Assembly: GCA_965637545.1 (NCBI GenBank)
Contig: OZ281500.1
Coordinates: 3,534,001 to 3,598,000 of the forward strand
Origin: Phallusia mammillata
Lineage: Eukaryota
Reading direction: 5' to 3'
DNA length: 64,000 bases
Shown here: positions 1 through 12,700 of the stretch, in pieces
How the letters are laid out: every line of letters starts with the position of its first letter
Position numbering within the stretch: position 1 is the first letter of the stretch
Position numbers and translations under genes: made by a program
The notes under the pieces: model-generated
Database searches by the model: none
Told to the model about the DNA's origin: nothing
The model's input: the letters and a program-made list of their open reading frames with translations, nothing else

Positions 1-398
1 AACAGCATCACCTTATTGGGTTCTGTTCTGTTCAAAGTGGAGATAGCTTATTGTGAAAGAAGTTGTGAAGAACTATAAAAAAAGTAAAGTTATTTTAAAG
101 CATTCCTTTTAGGACTGTTTTTTTTAACTGAAAACTATACTTCACTAATATAACCTAATAGCAAACCCTGAGGCCGGATGACTATGCCATGTAAAACTTG
201 ACTTACATTTGAAAACTACCAAAACACAACACACATGTTTATGACAATATTGGTTTACTGATAATAGTTTGGAAAACACACAGAAAAGCATAACATGCGA
301 CATTGAAACTGCAATAAGCAATTTGCCACTGTGAACATTCAAATGTTCTGAATACGGAACTTCCATGCTCAACGTTTGGAGACAAACCAATCATTTGT

Positions 399-3300
399 TT
401 AGTGGGGATGATCAGGTCGTCGTTTCCTAAATTAAAAAGTAATTCCATTGATATAAAAGCATTGAACCAATACATTATAAGCTGCAGATATTAATTGATG
501 TTTCTTACATACATTGTATTTTGCAATGAAATCCTTTTTAAAACAAAAAATAAATTGTTGAGATAGTTTGACAGGACGCTAAAGCATAACCATTTTGATA
601 TTGACAGGCCCAACAGACAACATCTAATCTAACTGCCTCTTGTGATGTGTTTTAAAAAAGCTAATGTATAAAATATTTTTTTCATGTTGCTAAAATACCT
701 TGGTGCGGATCTAATGATGTTGTCAACTCTTAGGATCATTTCAGCAGCTTCTGCGGCACTTAGCAGCACCTGTCGTTTGACTTGGTACGACTCTGTGATG
801 CCGAGACTTTTCATACAAGCTATTTCGCCCTCCTCCATATCTGGCAAAAATCAATACTAAATTAAATCAAGGGATGTTTTAAATCCTACATTGAAGATTA
901 TTAAATTGTACAGCGCTTGATAACGAAACACGTAAAATGTCTTATTGCATAAATATAGATTCCCATGAAGTGTTAAAGTTCAAAAAAAACATTAAAATAA
1001 CTACACCCCAACCAGTTAAACTTAAATAACTGCAAAGAGCAATTGTTCCAAAATGGGCTTGATCAAAAAACAAAACTGGCAGGGAGCTTGCAAAAACAAT
1101 TGTAATTCACAATGCATTGAACTGTGTATTTTTGCATGTATGAGATATGACTTCAATTTCATTTTACCAATCTGGTTCTAATGGGTTGGAGCAATGCTGA
1201 TTAAGTCAGAGATACACAAATGGCCAAGACAGGATTAGAAACCAGCTTGTGGTGAAAAGGCAATTTCACCAAACACTCAGTCATCTTGGGGACTAAGTAT
1301 ATCACAACATAAGCATATCACTACTGGGTGGAATGTAGTACAATTGAAACAATATTGGGTCAGTCCTGGAAATAACATTTGCCGAAAAGCAGTAACTTAC
1401 CTAGGCCAAAGGAGTTTTTTCCTTCTGCATGGGCAGCTCTCAATTGAGACACAAGCTCAGCACTGTCAAAACCTGCATTGTCCGCAATGGTAACTGGAAT
1501 CTAAACAAAAAGAGAGTTTAACAAAGTAGTCAATACTATTAAATAAAGTTTAATATGTACAGAGAACTTATAGTCTAGCTTTACTGAGAGAAAACTGCCA
1601 TTGGAGGAGCAAAACTCAGAATTCCATGACGAACAAGCTAACCCAGTGGTTCTTAACCTATGGCACACACACCACTGGTGGTACACCAGTGCTTTTTAGG
1701 TTTTCTGCGAGTATCTTTTTATTGTATTCTTTTAAGTTTTGTATTCATTTTAATTCATTTTTTAAGATTCATAATTGTTACCCTTGTTTGACCCAACTTA
1801 TCAGCCCTGGTTTGGGACAAAACTCTTGTTTAGGACATTTGTCCCGAAATGCTAACTGTGCAGGTTTTAAAAATATGATAGACTGGTCAACAAAAGTAGT
1901 CCTAAATAGAAAAATATCATTTAACCATTTAAACAGGAGTGGTACCCAGCAATAGAAAATTCAGTCAGGTAGTATATGATCAGTATAAGGTTGAGAACCA
2001 CTGAGTTAACCTTTTTTGAATTTATAAAATTTATCAAAACTCAACAAACTAAAAAGCTATCAGGGTACAATACCTGTAAAAGTGCTTTTCCAAAAGATTC
2101 CATGGCCACAGATTCTTTACCAGGGGTTTTCATTGCAGAAATATGAACAGCATTTGCCATTAATGCCTCGCAACAACCTCCACCCTGCACAGTTCGGGTC
2201 TCGGCAACTGTTCGCTGCAAAACGCAAAGGGCATCATGTAGGGAACGCTCGGCTTCATCAAGAATCTGTTTGGTAGCACCGCGGAGAATGATTGTGCATG
2301 CTTCTGCTCTAGCAACACCTAGATAAATGGAAACAAAGTCAAAGAGGTGTTGGTTTTACTGCAAACGATTAAACGAGAGTTTCGTTAACAAATAGTTAAA
2401 TACATTTGGAAACGTTTTTCAGAAAAAGTTTTAAGTAGTGTTTTTAAACTTTTGGGTGAATGACTATTTTCCCTAAGAATACTTTCAACTAAATGAAAAT
2501 AGGAAAAATTCAGTCAGGCAAGCTAGTTTCATGATTTGTGGACCAAGTACTGTTTGGCAAATGAGGCAACATCAAAATGTAAGCACATATGAAATGTAAC
2601 TGAAAAATTTTATCCACAAAAAACTATCTTTGTTCAAACACACAAAACTCACCTGAAAACTTGATCAGTTTGTCTTCACCAATCATCACCTCTTCAATCA
2701 GGTCACAATGTCCGAGTGTTACAAGGTCAGGTCTGTCGAATGTTGAGCAGATTTCTCCACCCAGCACAAGTGCAAGTCTTTCTACTCCCTCAAAATCAGC
2801 ATGTTCGATGGCCATCACATTAGCATCAGCAAATAACTGCTCTGGGTAATTGTAGATTAACTGCCTGTAAAAAAAAAAAAAAAATTTGAAGACTCAGAAG
2901 ATGTAAAAAGGTTTGTTCTGTTGCTAGGGTGTGAAGTTATTCTACTATAAAAAGAGCAGTATTTTAGGCACTTACTATCTATTTTTTTAACATGTTTTGT
3001 TATTTTCAACACACAAACCCCAGCAAAGGCCATATAACAGAACCTTAAACACCCAATCTTATCAAAATTGTTGCTGTTTTCATGCTGTTTCCGTATTCTG
3101 TATTTAAACAACAGCATAACAACGATACATAACGAACATAACAATTTGAATGTTTTGTAGATAATAAATGTAATATCTTGGGGTACCTGTTAATAAAGCA
3201 ATTGATACCATGACTAAGTATCTTTTCACATTTTTCCTTCATCTTAGTTTTTTCCGCAAGTTCAATTTCAGCCACTTTTGCTGTTCCATCTACTCGTACT

Positions 3301-5300
3301 CTTGATCCGAAAATCTAATCAAAGGAAACAACGGTTATTTAACAATTAGTTACAATTGAATTATGTTTCAGTTACTTTAATTTTGTCTGTGTCCATAGAA
3401 GTGTTTGCAATCATAATCTTGGCATTCTCAAGTCGTTTTGGCTGATTCATTCCAATCTTTTTGTCAAGGAGGAATCCTTCATCCAGACAAGAGTCAGTCA
3501 TTGTGCCACCGAGCTTTTTGATGATCTGAAATAAGCATACAGCAAATTGGTTACAAAGCCCATTTACAATAAAAATCACACACATGTTTCATTTTTCCTG
3601 TGTTTTGAATGTTGCTGGTAAAAAACCCTGACAATATTGTCCAAATCTGACTGTCTGTGGCAAAATATTAAGCAAGATACTCTGTTCATTTTAATCTAAA
3701 ATAGGATATATTTTTGGCCATATTATGTGGACAAATGGTTAAATATTTGTTTTACAGTAAATAACAACAAACAAAAGATATATAATGGGTGAATAATTTG
3801 TACTTGCCTGTATAGCTTCAAGATTTCCACTTCCCTTTAATCTTAATATTGCGTCAACAGCCATTTTGGCAAAAAAATCTTTGTGTTGTGTAAGAAGTTT
3901 GGAGCTGAGTGTTGTGCGGGCAACGTTCATCAAATCTTGTTTAAAAAGCTCCTCATTATTTCTGAAACATTAAGAAGCATTTAATATTGCCCCAATCTCC
4001 CAACAAAACTTCACATGTGCGCAACTACAGGCAAATCAACAAAAAGCCAGTTATTTATCCACAAAAACAGCCACCACAGTAAACAGGTAACTTACCCATT
4101 ATCAATGGCAGCATCATCCAATGCTTTTTTTGCAGCTGCAACAGCCATTCTCCATCCTCTGACAATAGTTTGAGGATGAAATTTTTGGGCAATAAGTTTT
4201 TCTGCTTCCTGTGTTTTAACAAAAAATGCTTTGGATATAGTTGGTATTAAAGAAAGAATATATCTCTTTAAAGAATATAATTATACAGCAACTAATTTTT
4301 TTCAAACAATATTTTAAAGCACTGTAAAATGTACTCAATTTAAAATTTTACCAACAAAATTGTTTATTTTACTGGTTGCATCAAACTTTTTTAGTACAAC
4401 TACGAAGTGCAGTTGATCAGTGGTGTCCTTATGTCTTAATAATTGCCTGATAATTTCATCTATTTAATTATATAATATAAATATACAAACAAATTTACCC
4501 TGAGAAGTTCGGCAGCTAACACAGTGACAGATGTAGTTCCATCTCCAACCTCATCATCTTGGACCTTAGCAAGATCTGTAAACCAACACATTTATTACCA
4601 TTTATCCACAAAAAATCTAACCTTGCTTTCAAATAGCATATGTCTACATTATAAAAGGTTCAAACTTTAACATGAATCTTACCAACAAGAACCTTTGCAG
4701 CTGGATTATCAACTCCAACAGATTTCAAGATGGTTGCTCCATCATTGGTTACTGTGATACCAGGTTCAGATGAAGGGCCTTGTCCGGGACTCATAAGAAT
4801 TTTGTCCATTCCTTTTGGCCCCAGAGTGCTTTTTACAAGGTCACCAATTGCAATGGCTCCAACAAAAGAAGACTGACATAAAGAGTAACAAAATAATGAA
4901 CATTTGTTTTTTCCGTATGTTACTTTCACCAAAGTAATAACCTGATTTAATTAACAACAATAAGGTTGCAGATATAAAATCACAACACAAGTTAAATATT
5001 ACATCAGATCATAATAAGCCGCTGAATAGATTTTAACGAACTGATTCAGGTTGATGGAACTACAGACTATTTTACATGAATGCATGTACAAAAAGTCAGT
5101 TGAATTGGAAAAGTTAAGATGTTTCTTGGGTATAGTTCACATTGCATTTAATTTATCATTACCATTCTTGCAATTTCCGCCCTCTCTTCCTCTGCTCCTT
5201 GAGAATAAATCGAAACTGGATTTAGGGACATCTGCAAAAACAGTCATTATGTAAAACTACAATAACTTTATGAAAACAAATTTGTTGAAACTCTTACCAT
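399..5300 (-). CDS. CCT2: T-complex protein 1 subunit beta (chaperonin CCT2), 13 coding exons, 536 aa
   Basis: Exons: 5298-5300 (ATG only), 5163-5231, 4683-4872, 4499-4575, 4096-4208, 3808-3961, 3376-3525, 3187-3314, 2653-2864, 2074-2318, 1401-1500, 699-840, 399-426; total 1611 nt. CCT-beta motifs: [59 protein letters not shown]-terminal RRPDHPH. Confidence 0.97.
1644..2003. mobile_element. hAT (Buster-type) MITE in a CCT2 intron
   Basis: TIRs cagtggttcttaacct / aggttgagaaccactg (15/16). 8-bp flanks agctaacc (1636-1643) and agttaacc (2004-2011) match 7/8 and are TA-centred. Confidence 0.85.
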
Positions 5301-8300
5301 TTTGAAGTATTTTCTGTTTGTTTCAAATCAATGAAAGAAAATGATAAAGTCTTCACTGTTGTTCCGTTTTCCTGTGTATTGATCTACTATTAATTTAACA
5401 GCAAACACCTTATAATTGCAAACTGAAACAAAGCAGGATTTGAAATAATGTGTCTCGCTTTCAGATAATTTTTATAAATTGGGTTTTCACAAAAGCTCAG
5501 CATTGGATCTTAACTCGTTTAAAATGTCTGACCAAGAAGGTCAATATTATAACTCAACGCTCAACATATGATATTTAATAGATAAAAAAGTGAAGCAAAA
5601 TACAACTGACAAATTCACATCATAAGGCAAAAACTAACATTTTGTAGTTAGAGCAAAATCTAGAAACTTCCATGGCCCATATACGTCCAATGAGAGGTTT
5701 GACTTTTTTTAGTTTTGGAACGTTTTTTATTTATAGATTCGTGTCAAAGGTTCAACATTTATTAAAACTTTAATCACAATCGTATTATTTAATATCAAGT
5801 TAGTTACAATTTTGCGTTTTGTGTCGTTTCTTATAAAACCTAACTTAGCAATCATTGGATGCTAGCAAACAGCATGGTTCGTTTCCTGGGGGTGTTGGTT
5901 AATTGTAGCTGTTTCACGATTTTTGCGATATTATATTTTTAACAATGTGTTCCAGTCAAAAATAAAAATCAATCCAAGTTCCAAAACTGGATTACGACCA
6001 AGAGATAATCCTTACAGGGTAAAGGGCACATACACCTAAAAAGAGTCGTAATCAAACAAATGCTTTGAGATAAGTTAGCAGGTGCGTAAAAAACAATGGA
6101 AATCATATGAAAAAAGAACATTACTGATACTATTTAAAACATGTTTTTATTGTGTTATTTTATTAATATGCTTCTGTAGGTCGCAGTGCATCTGAGTAAC
6201 ATGTTTTGGATCGAGTGTTGGTGCATTGCCTAAAGGCTAAAACGATCAGGGTTTCCAAGGACAAAAATCAGTCTAACTTACTGCTTTTTAGAGAAGGTCT
6301 GGATTTGGTATTAGCACATCGATTTAGGAATGTGTCACATGTATTGGTACCCACTGGTGCAATTAGCACACCTGCGTCACAAATACAACAGAATCCTAAA
6401 ACAAAACCTGCAACACAACAAAGAGTCTGACGTCAGTGTACCGCCGCCCACTCAGCATTAAAAGCAGGAAACGTTCTTAGCATAGAGTACTGCATCGAGC
6501 TCAGCAATCGTTAAAACTATTGCATTTCAGGTCCGGTGTTTACAATAGACATTTATAAGCTGAAGTACCATTTCGCATAAACCGATCTCCTTTTGGTGCC
6601 GATTTTTGTTAAAGTGTAAACAAAAGAAAACGCACCTTTGCATGTGCTTCATGTGGACTAAATTACAAACAGTACCAAGAGTATCCATTGCGCTTAGTTT
6701 ATTTCAACAAGCGTTCAGTAACTTTTGCTGCCAGGCTAAGGTCAATTGTTTCTGTGCAAGTCATCACTAGGCAATGTCACTGTATGCAAATTGAGACCTT
6801 TAGACCGTGCCTTGTTGTGATTTATCTTATGTAGCTGAATTGAAGGTAAAAAGGTCCAAGGAAGATGTTTTTCTGCCACCAATACAAGGTTAACAGTGTG
6901 TGGGAACTAACTATATAAAAACGGTTTGAGCTTACTTTAGTTTGGTTTACGCACATCAGTGTTAATGTAATACAGCCTACGTCGTTTAGGCGTGTCAAAA
7001 CTACTGTTGTTGCTGTTGTATAGACGTTGTTTGAGCCTAAGCTTAAAATCTATCGTCGCATAATCTGATCTTAATGTTAACTCTACTCACTGACGAGTAA
7101 ACTAGGAAAGGTGAAACCAAGAAAAATAAATTCCCTTGGTACATATGTCAGCAAATAAACCTAGCACATGTTTGCTAAGGGAACAAAAATAGCAATGACC
7201 GAATCGTAAAAGTGAGCATTAGTATAGTTTTATGTTTCTTAACCTTTATACACATGAAAACGAAAGTAGTAGCCAAGTGACATTTGAAGGACAGACAGCG
7301 GTTTGTTTTTACAGCGCATTATTGGGCCAGTACCGTTTGATATGACTCGCTGTGGTGATATCACTTTTATATGTCATCATGGTATACTGAGCGAAGTGGC
7401 GCAGCAGAAAACTAAACTGTACTGTTTGATTGCAGTGTTGTGAAAGGTTAGCAAAAGAACAAAGCGTTTAAGCACATAGTTTTGGGCACAAACAGTTCAG
7501 GATGTATTGACGTCAACCATACAAGTCTAACCCATTGTAGCGGTGCTCATTGCAAGTTTACATAATGCTAACAAAAACCTGGTTTATTAAGTTGCTTGTT
7601 GTGTTGCATAACAGAGTACACGTTAAACAAACGCCTTGTTTGTAGCCTTAAGCATTGCAAAAGTCAATATTGTCGTGAAAAATATAGACTTTGCAGATCA
7701 ACGAAACCTGCTTAGCTGGATTAGGTACTATGTTGCCGTATAGGCTACCTGACTGGCTGTTTTGGAATTGTTGACTTTATTTAAAAGCTACATTGTATTT
7801 CTGTGTGAACAAAATTTTACAACGTACCCCAAGCAGACCCGAAACAAAAGGGAAAGCCCCTGTTAGAAAACAAACCACCAAGTCTTGTGACAGAGTGTTC
7901 AGCTTTATTAAGGTCGGTTATTTCCTTGTGTGACTAGTAAGCGTCAATCTGTGATGATTGTCTCTATCTATTAAGTTGAGCCACGGGATGGACAAGGAAG
8001 CGCTTTACAGTTGTACCATGCTGAAAGAATGTAATATACCCGTTCGCAAGAAGAATGCTATTCTTGCTTTGGGTTTTGTCAATATTAGTGTAACTTTAAA
8101 TCAAAAAGGAACATATGGGGTCAATGTGCGCCGTTTGTAGATACTATGTAATGCGTTGATTGTATTATTTATGTCAGTAAACGAAGATGACAGGTGCCCC
8201 ATTCATTGGACATATGTCACGAAATAGATTTTGGAACATTGAGCATTCGGCGTTTTAATGTGTTGAAATGATTTTTGTGTTGACAAAAGTTTAAGCGAAT

Positions 8301-8560
8301 CAAGACATCTGTTTTGGCAAATCTTGGTCATTTGATTTTAGTTCTTCAGGGTATTACATGTTTTCAAATAAAAGCTAGTTTTAAATTCGACACGATTTAA
8401 CAGATGATGCTAATGCTTTTGCAAGGAACACTTATGATTTAACACCAAAATAGGTTAACATAACAAATGACGACGTTTCACAAAACATATAGTGACAAAA
8501 ATAGGTTCGCTTTGCGCAGTGGGAAAAAATCACACGAACACACTCTCAACACGCATTTGT

Positions 8561-8604
8561 GGGAAATTCCGGAAAAACTGGCTATGGCGTCATACGTGAC
8601 GTCA
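8561..8604. promoter_or_regulatory. Candidate NF-kB site plus palindromic CRE upstream of the DH-PH gene
   Basis: GGGAAATTCC at 8561-8570 and TGACGTCA at 8597-8604, about 1.15 kb upstream of the ATG at 9751. Motif match only. Confidence 0.35.
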
Positions 8605-8736
8605 TCTCGCCCCCAGTGATGATAAAAAAGTAAACTTCAGTTGCGGCTGTGGGGCGACGTGCTCTGAAAGCACATGCTGTGATGTCAGTTCTTTGCTAAT
8701 CGAGGTGACCTAAACGATTTTGTGTGTATATATATA

Positions 8737-8839
8737 TTTTTTTTTCACGGGGTTCGAACCCAGGACTCTCCCGGGGACGAATCCCGATCAGGGTTTTTTA
8801 TGTCTGTATATGGGTCAGGCGCGCCAGACCATTCGGTCA
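8737..8839 (-). mobile_element. tRNA-derived simple SINE with poly(A) tail and 20-bp TSD
   Basis: Minus strand: A-box-like TGACCGAATGG, B box GGTTCGAACCC, then an A-tail (T-run 8737-8745). Perfect direct repeat attttgtgtgtatatatata at 8717-8736 and 8840-8859. Homologous copies at 35898 and 50029-50412. Confidence 0.88.
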
Positions 8840-9750
8840 ATTTTGTGTGTATATATATACAGTACATGTATATTTTTTCGTTCAGCGCAGGTATGCGGTC
8901 ACTCCGATCTAGCTTCAGGGCAAATGTGTCTCCAAAAAAGATAAAATTCAACGCCTTGATACGATAGAGCCCGAGCGATCAGACCGTTAGATAGAAACAG
9001 CCAGCATGGTAATCGAAGTGGTGAAGTTCAGAGCAGTGGCCATAATTTTAACGTTTGTAATTAAAATCTTGGCTATCGGAGTAACAACTGTGAAATTTGG
9101 CGGCATGCATGCTTTGTGTAAAGATTTGGCTGTCTGCAAACGTACAGAAGCAATAGGTTTAAAGGTCTACACCAGTCAAAGCTAGCATAGATTTAAAGGA
9201 AATAGAATAAAACTAAGACACATTCCTAATGTGAAAAAGGCCCACACGTTATCAGCCGATTCTGGCCAAAGTTCCGGGTATTTTGATTTAACTTTTCAAC
9301 TTTTTGACTTTTTTGGCTGTGAAAAGGGCACATATCTATGTTTGGTAATACCATCACAGTTCTACTTAAGCAATGCACGCTGGTTGAGGCAGCGTGTTAA
9401 TGACACCAGCAGTGGCCGACTGTTCAAAATTAAACATTTTGCTACAGCAACCTTACACAGCCACTGTTGTAGCAATGGAAATTTGATTTTAGAAATCGTG
9501 ACACTGATAATACGTTTCAGTGCTCTTGTTTGAACGCAATTTTATGTGATAAAAACGAAAGTCAGTGGTAACCTATGTTTACACACCCATAACGTGAGGG
9601 TTTGCAAATTTAAACAACAGATTAGATAACACCTACAATACGTTTTGAAACACAGAGGTTTCTTTGTTGTAACAGAACGTTTGTTGTCATTGCAGCACAA
9701 GTTTTTTGACCTGATAAAACTGTTATTAAAACCAAGGCCTGATCCATCCA

Positions 9751-12700
9751 ATGAAAATGATGAACGGGTCAACCTCTCCTCAGGAGGGAGAAAACGAACC
9801 ATCCCCTTATGGAGACCTGAGTCACCAAGCCCAAATCAGGTGCACCGTTGTGGAAGAAATTGTAAACCGAGAGAAGGCTTATCTACAGGTTCTGCACTAT
9901 GCAGTAGATGTAAGTAACAACTGATAAATATCTGACAGTGCAGATATTTTGGAAGATATTTTTTTGGTTTTAACACACATCTCTGAAAGCCGCTGTACCA
10001 TGATTGATACGATTAAATACAGGTATTCATTTAAGGGATAAAATTTTGAGAAAACGACCGAAATTTATATTTCAAATATAAAAACATATTAACAGACGTA
10101 TTCGCATTACCCAATGCTATAAGAAAGAAGTTTGGTAACTTGCAGCTTCACAGATTTAATTGGTGAACCGATGCGGCCTTTCATTTTGAGTTATTGCACG
10201 AAAGAAACCACGGGTTTAAAATTACGAATACCCTCACCCGGGAAGTTAATACGTTACGTCATGTGGTGACGTAATGAGAACGTGACCCCAGTAGCAAACC
10301 AGGGGTTATTTCCAGATCTCATGTATAGGAAATAATTATGCAGTGGTCTGCTATTACCAATCTCACTAAGACAGACCTGTAATACAGGCTGTATGCACCA
10401 AAACATTTTATGGACAGTAGGGCTGGTATTTCGTGGAGAGAATGATGAGTTAACTGTCTACGTTCCAATTGTTCGGTTGCTAATCCTAAAGCAATAACCT
10501 CTCACGAAAGATCAGTATCGGTGAAATTGTGTGAAAAGAATCGCTCAAAAGCGAAACTTCATTGCCTGGCATGTCGTTAACAACACCTACTTTTCTGATG
10601 ATGAAAACAACTTATTAAAAGCAGCTTCCGGTTCCACTTGCCTCTACGTAGGTGTCCTGTCGGTGAACGAAAGGGTAAAACTGTCAAAACAAGTTGCGCT
10701 CGTTAGTGCATCGCTATTAGTGATGTTATGAGCATCACACTGTACCTAAATGGGAACTTTGAAGGAAACTTTAAAGCACTGACATTGTAAAGATTTAGAT
10801 AAGTATTGGAAGATATCCCTCACATTTTGTGAAATTGACCATAAAAATAGTATTGAAATACAATACATTCTTTAACATAATCACATCGATGAAAAATATG
10901 GCATCTTCAAAAATAATTATACACGTTACTTTGTGTGTATTTGATGATTCCAGTGGAGTGTTAAAAAACAATAATTAGGAAACATTGCGAAATACATTTG
11001 GCTGGTTTGCGATTATAACCTAGTAATTAAGTGTGGTTTGTACACATTTGCCTGCTCACGCAGACAGTGGCTCGTCACCTATAAAACGGAAATTAGACTT
11101 TCTGTTGCCATGTAGGGACTTTATGCTGGTAATGGCTGGGTCAAAATGCACCCGTGATTAACGTGGTGTTCAAAGGCTTCCAAGAATATGAAAAACAAAA
11201 CTCTTTCAAATGCAATTTTATGATAACATGAATCAATATATCACCTTTCCCAGTCAGGCTCAAATTATATTATGTAACGTATTCATTATACTTGCGTAAT
11301 GTCAAAACGACGAATTGTTACCCCATAGTGTTCCAAATCACAGAATGGTTTTACATTCAATATTAGTTGTTTCTCATCTTTTATCACTTGTACCACACCT
11401 AAAAACGCCCTTCGTATTTAGGTTATGAAGACTGAATTAGAAAATTGCTGCGAACAAATCGAATTTGAGGTGGAAGACGGTCACGTGAGGGCGCTGTTCG
11501 GAAACGTGGCTGATATCTTGGTATTCCACAAGGCTTTACTGAAATCCCTAGAGTCAGCAGTGGGAATGGCTAATAAGGATCAGGCGGAAAAAAACGAAGA
11601 TTTTTACAGAAAGTTGGCAGAGTCCAACATCGGGGAAACATTTGTTAAAATGGTAATTTTCCAAATGTAAGATGTGTCTGGTTTTATACAATATCCCAGA
11701 ATTTGAATCACATATGTAGGCTATACTCAACATAGGTTTAACTGTTAAACGGCCCCAATTGCTTAAAAGCCTCTGTTGGCCGTAGAGGTTTGGGCGTGGC
11801 TTTTACTGTAAAAAATACGTTGAAATCGTGTGTAACAAGTTTGATCGATTCAACAACATGACTCAATGTATAATGATATCTTTTGCGGAAGTATGAAATA
11901 ATTTGCGCTAAAACCACTAACAAATGCAATTACTGCTGTATGATTTATCGCGGTTTTTGTAATCGTTACCGTGGACATTAGTGATTTATAGGCTGTTAGC
12001 TATTGTTTACCAGACATATAACGCGTTACTGGTCAGTAATTGCCCATTTGCATGGCAAAAACGAAAAACTAATTCGTATAACTACCACAGAAAAGTTCAC
12101 CTTTAGCTTTGAGTAGTAGCATTTACTAAAAAACACAAATTAACCTATTTTAGGACACCTTTGACCAAAAACAATTTGTTTCTTTATCTATCTTATGAAC
12201 GTTTACCCATTATACCAACGTTACATAAACTGTCTCATGCTAAACGAATATTTTAGCGCTACATTCCTTTTACAGAGAGATTCGTTTCGAACTTACGAAA
12301 TCTACTGTGCGAATCACGCCAGGGCAGAAAAAGTGGCAGCCGATCTTATTCAAATGTCAACGCTTAAACGAAATCTCCAGGTTTGTCAGTTTAATGTTTA
12401 CATCCTTATTTATGCTCTCAAACAACTGAAGAGCGTATACTTATCAAATTGTGTTTCACTTTTCGATAAATTTGTGTGTTTTTTCTATTTATTATAGAAA
12501 TGGACAATAGAGGGGCCTTTTGCAGAAACAACGTCCAACGAATCAACAATGTTATCCGCTATTCTTACAGAGCCCCTGCGACACATTTGCAAACTACGCG
12601 TATTACTTAAGGTAAACATTCTCCTACATTACTTTAGCTTGACACTCTAGGAAAACTGTTTTTATAAAGTATAAGTAGTAGTAATGAATGCATTCATGGG

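Noticed and set aside
1-110. Possible C-terminal coding end of a plus-strand gene (NSITLLGSVLFKVEIAYCERSCEEL*)
   Set aside because: Too short at the window edge; no recognisable motif.
1130-1300. snoRNA-like features in a CCT2 intron (degenerate C box ATGACTGA, CTGA, hairpin ggtgaaa/tttcacc)
   Set aside because: C box imperfect, terminal stem weak, no rRNA complement recognised.
6206-6430. 74-aa ORF and nearby splice-like signals
   Set aside because: No homology or consistent exon chain; non-ATG start.
8720-8967. Four overlapping ORFs of 62-81 aa
   Set aside because: By-products of the SINE and its TSD.
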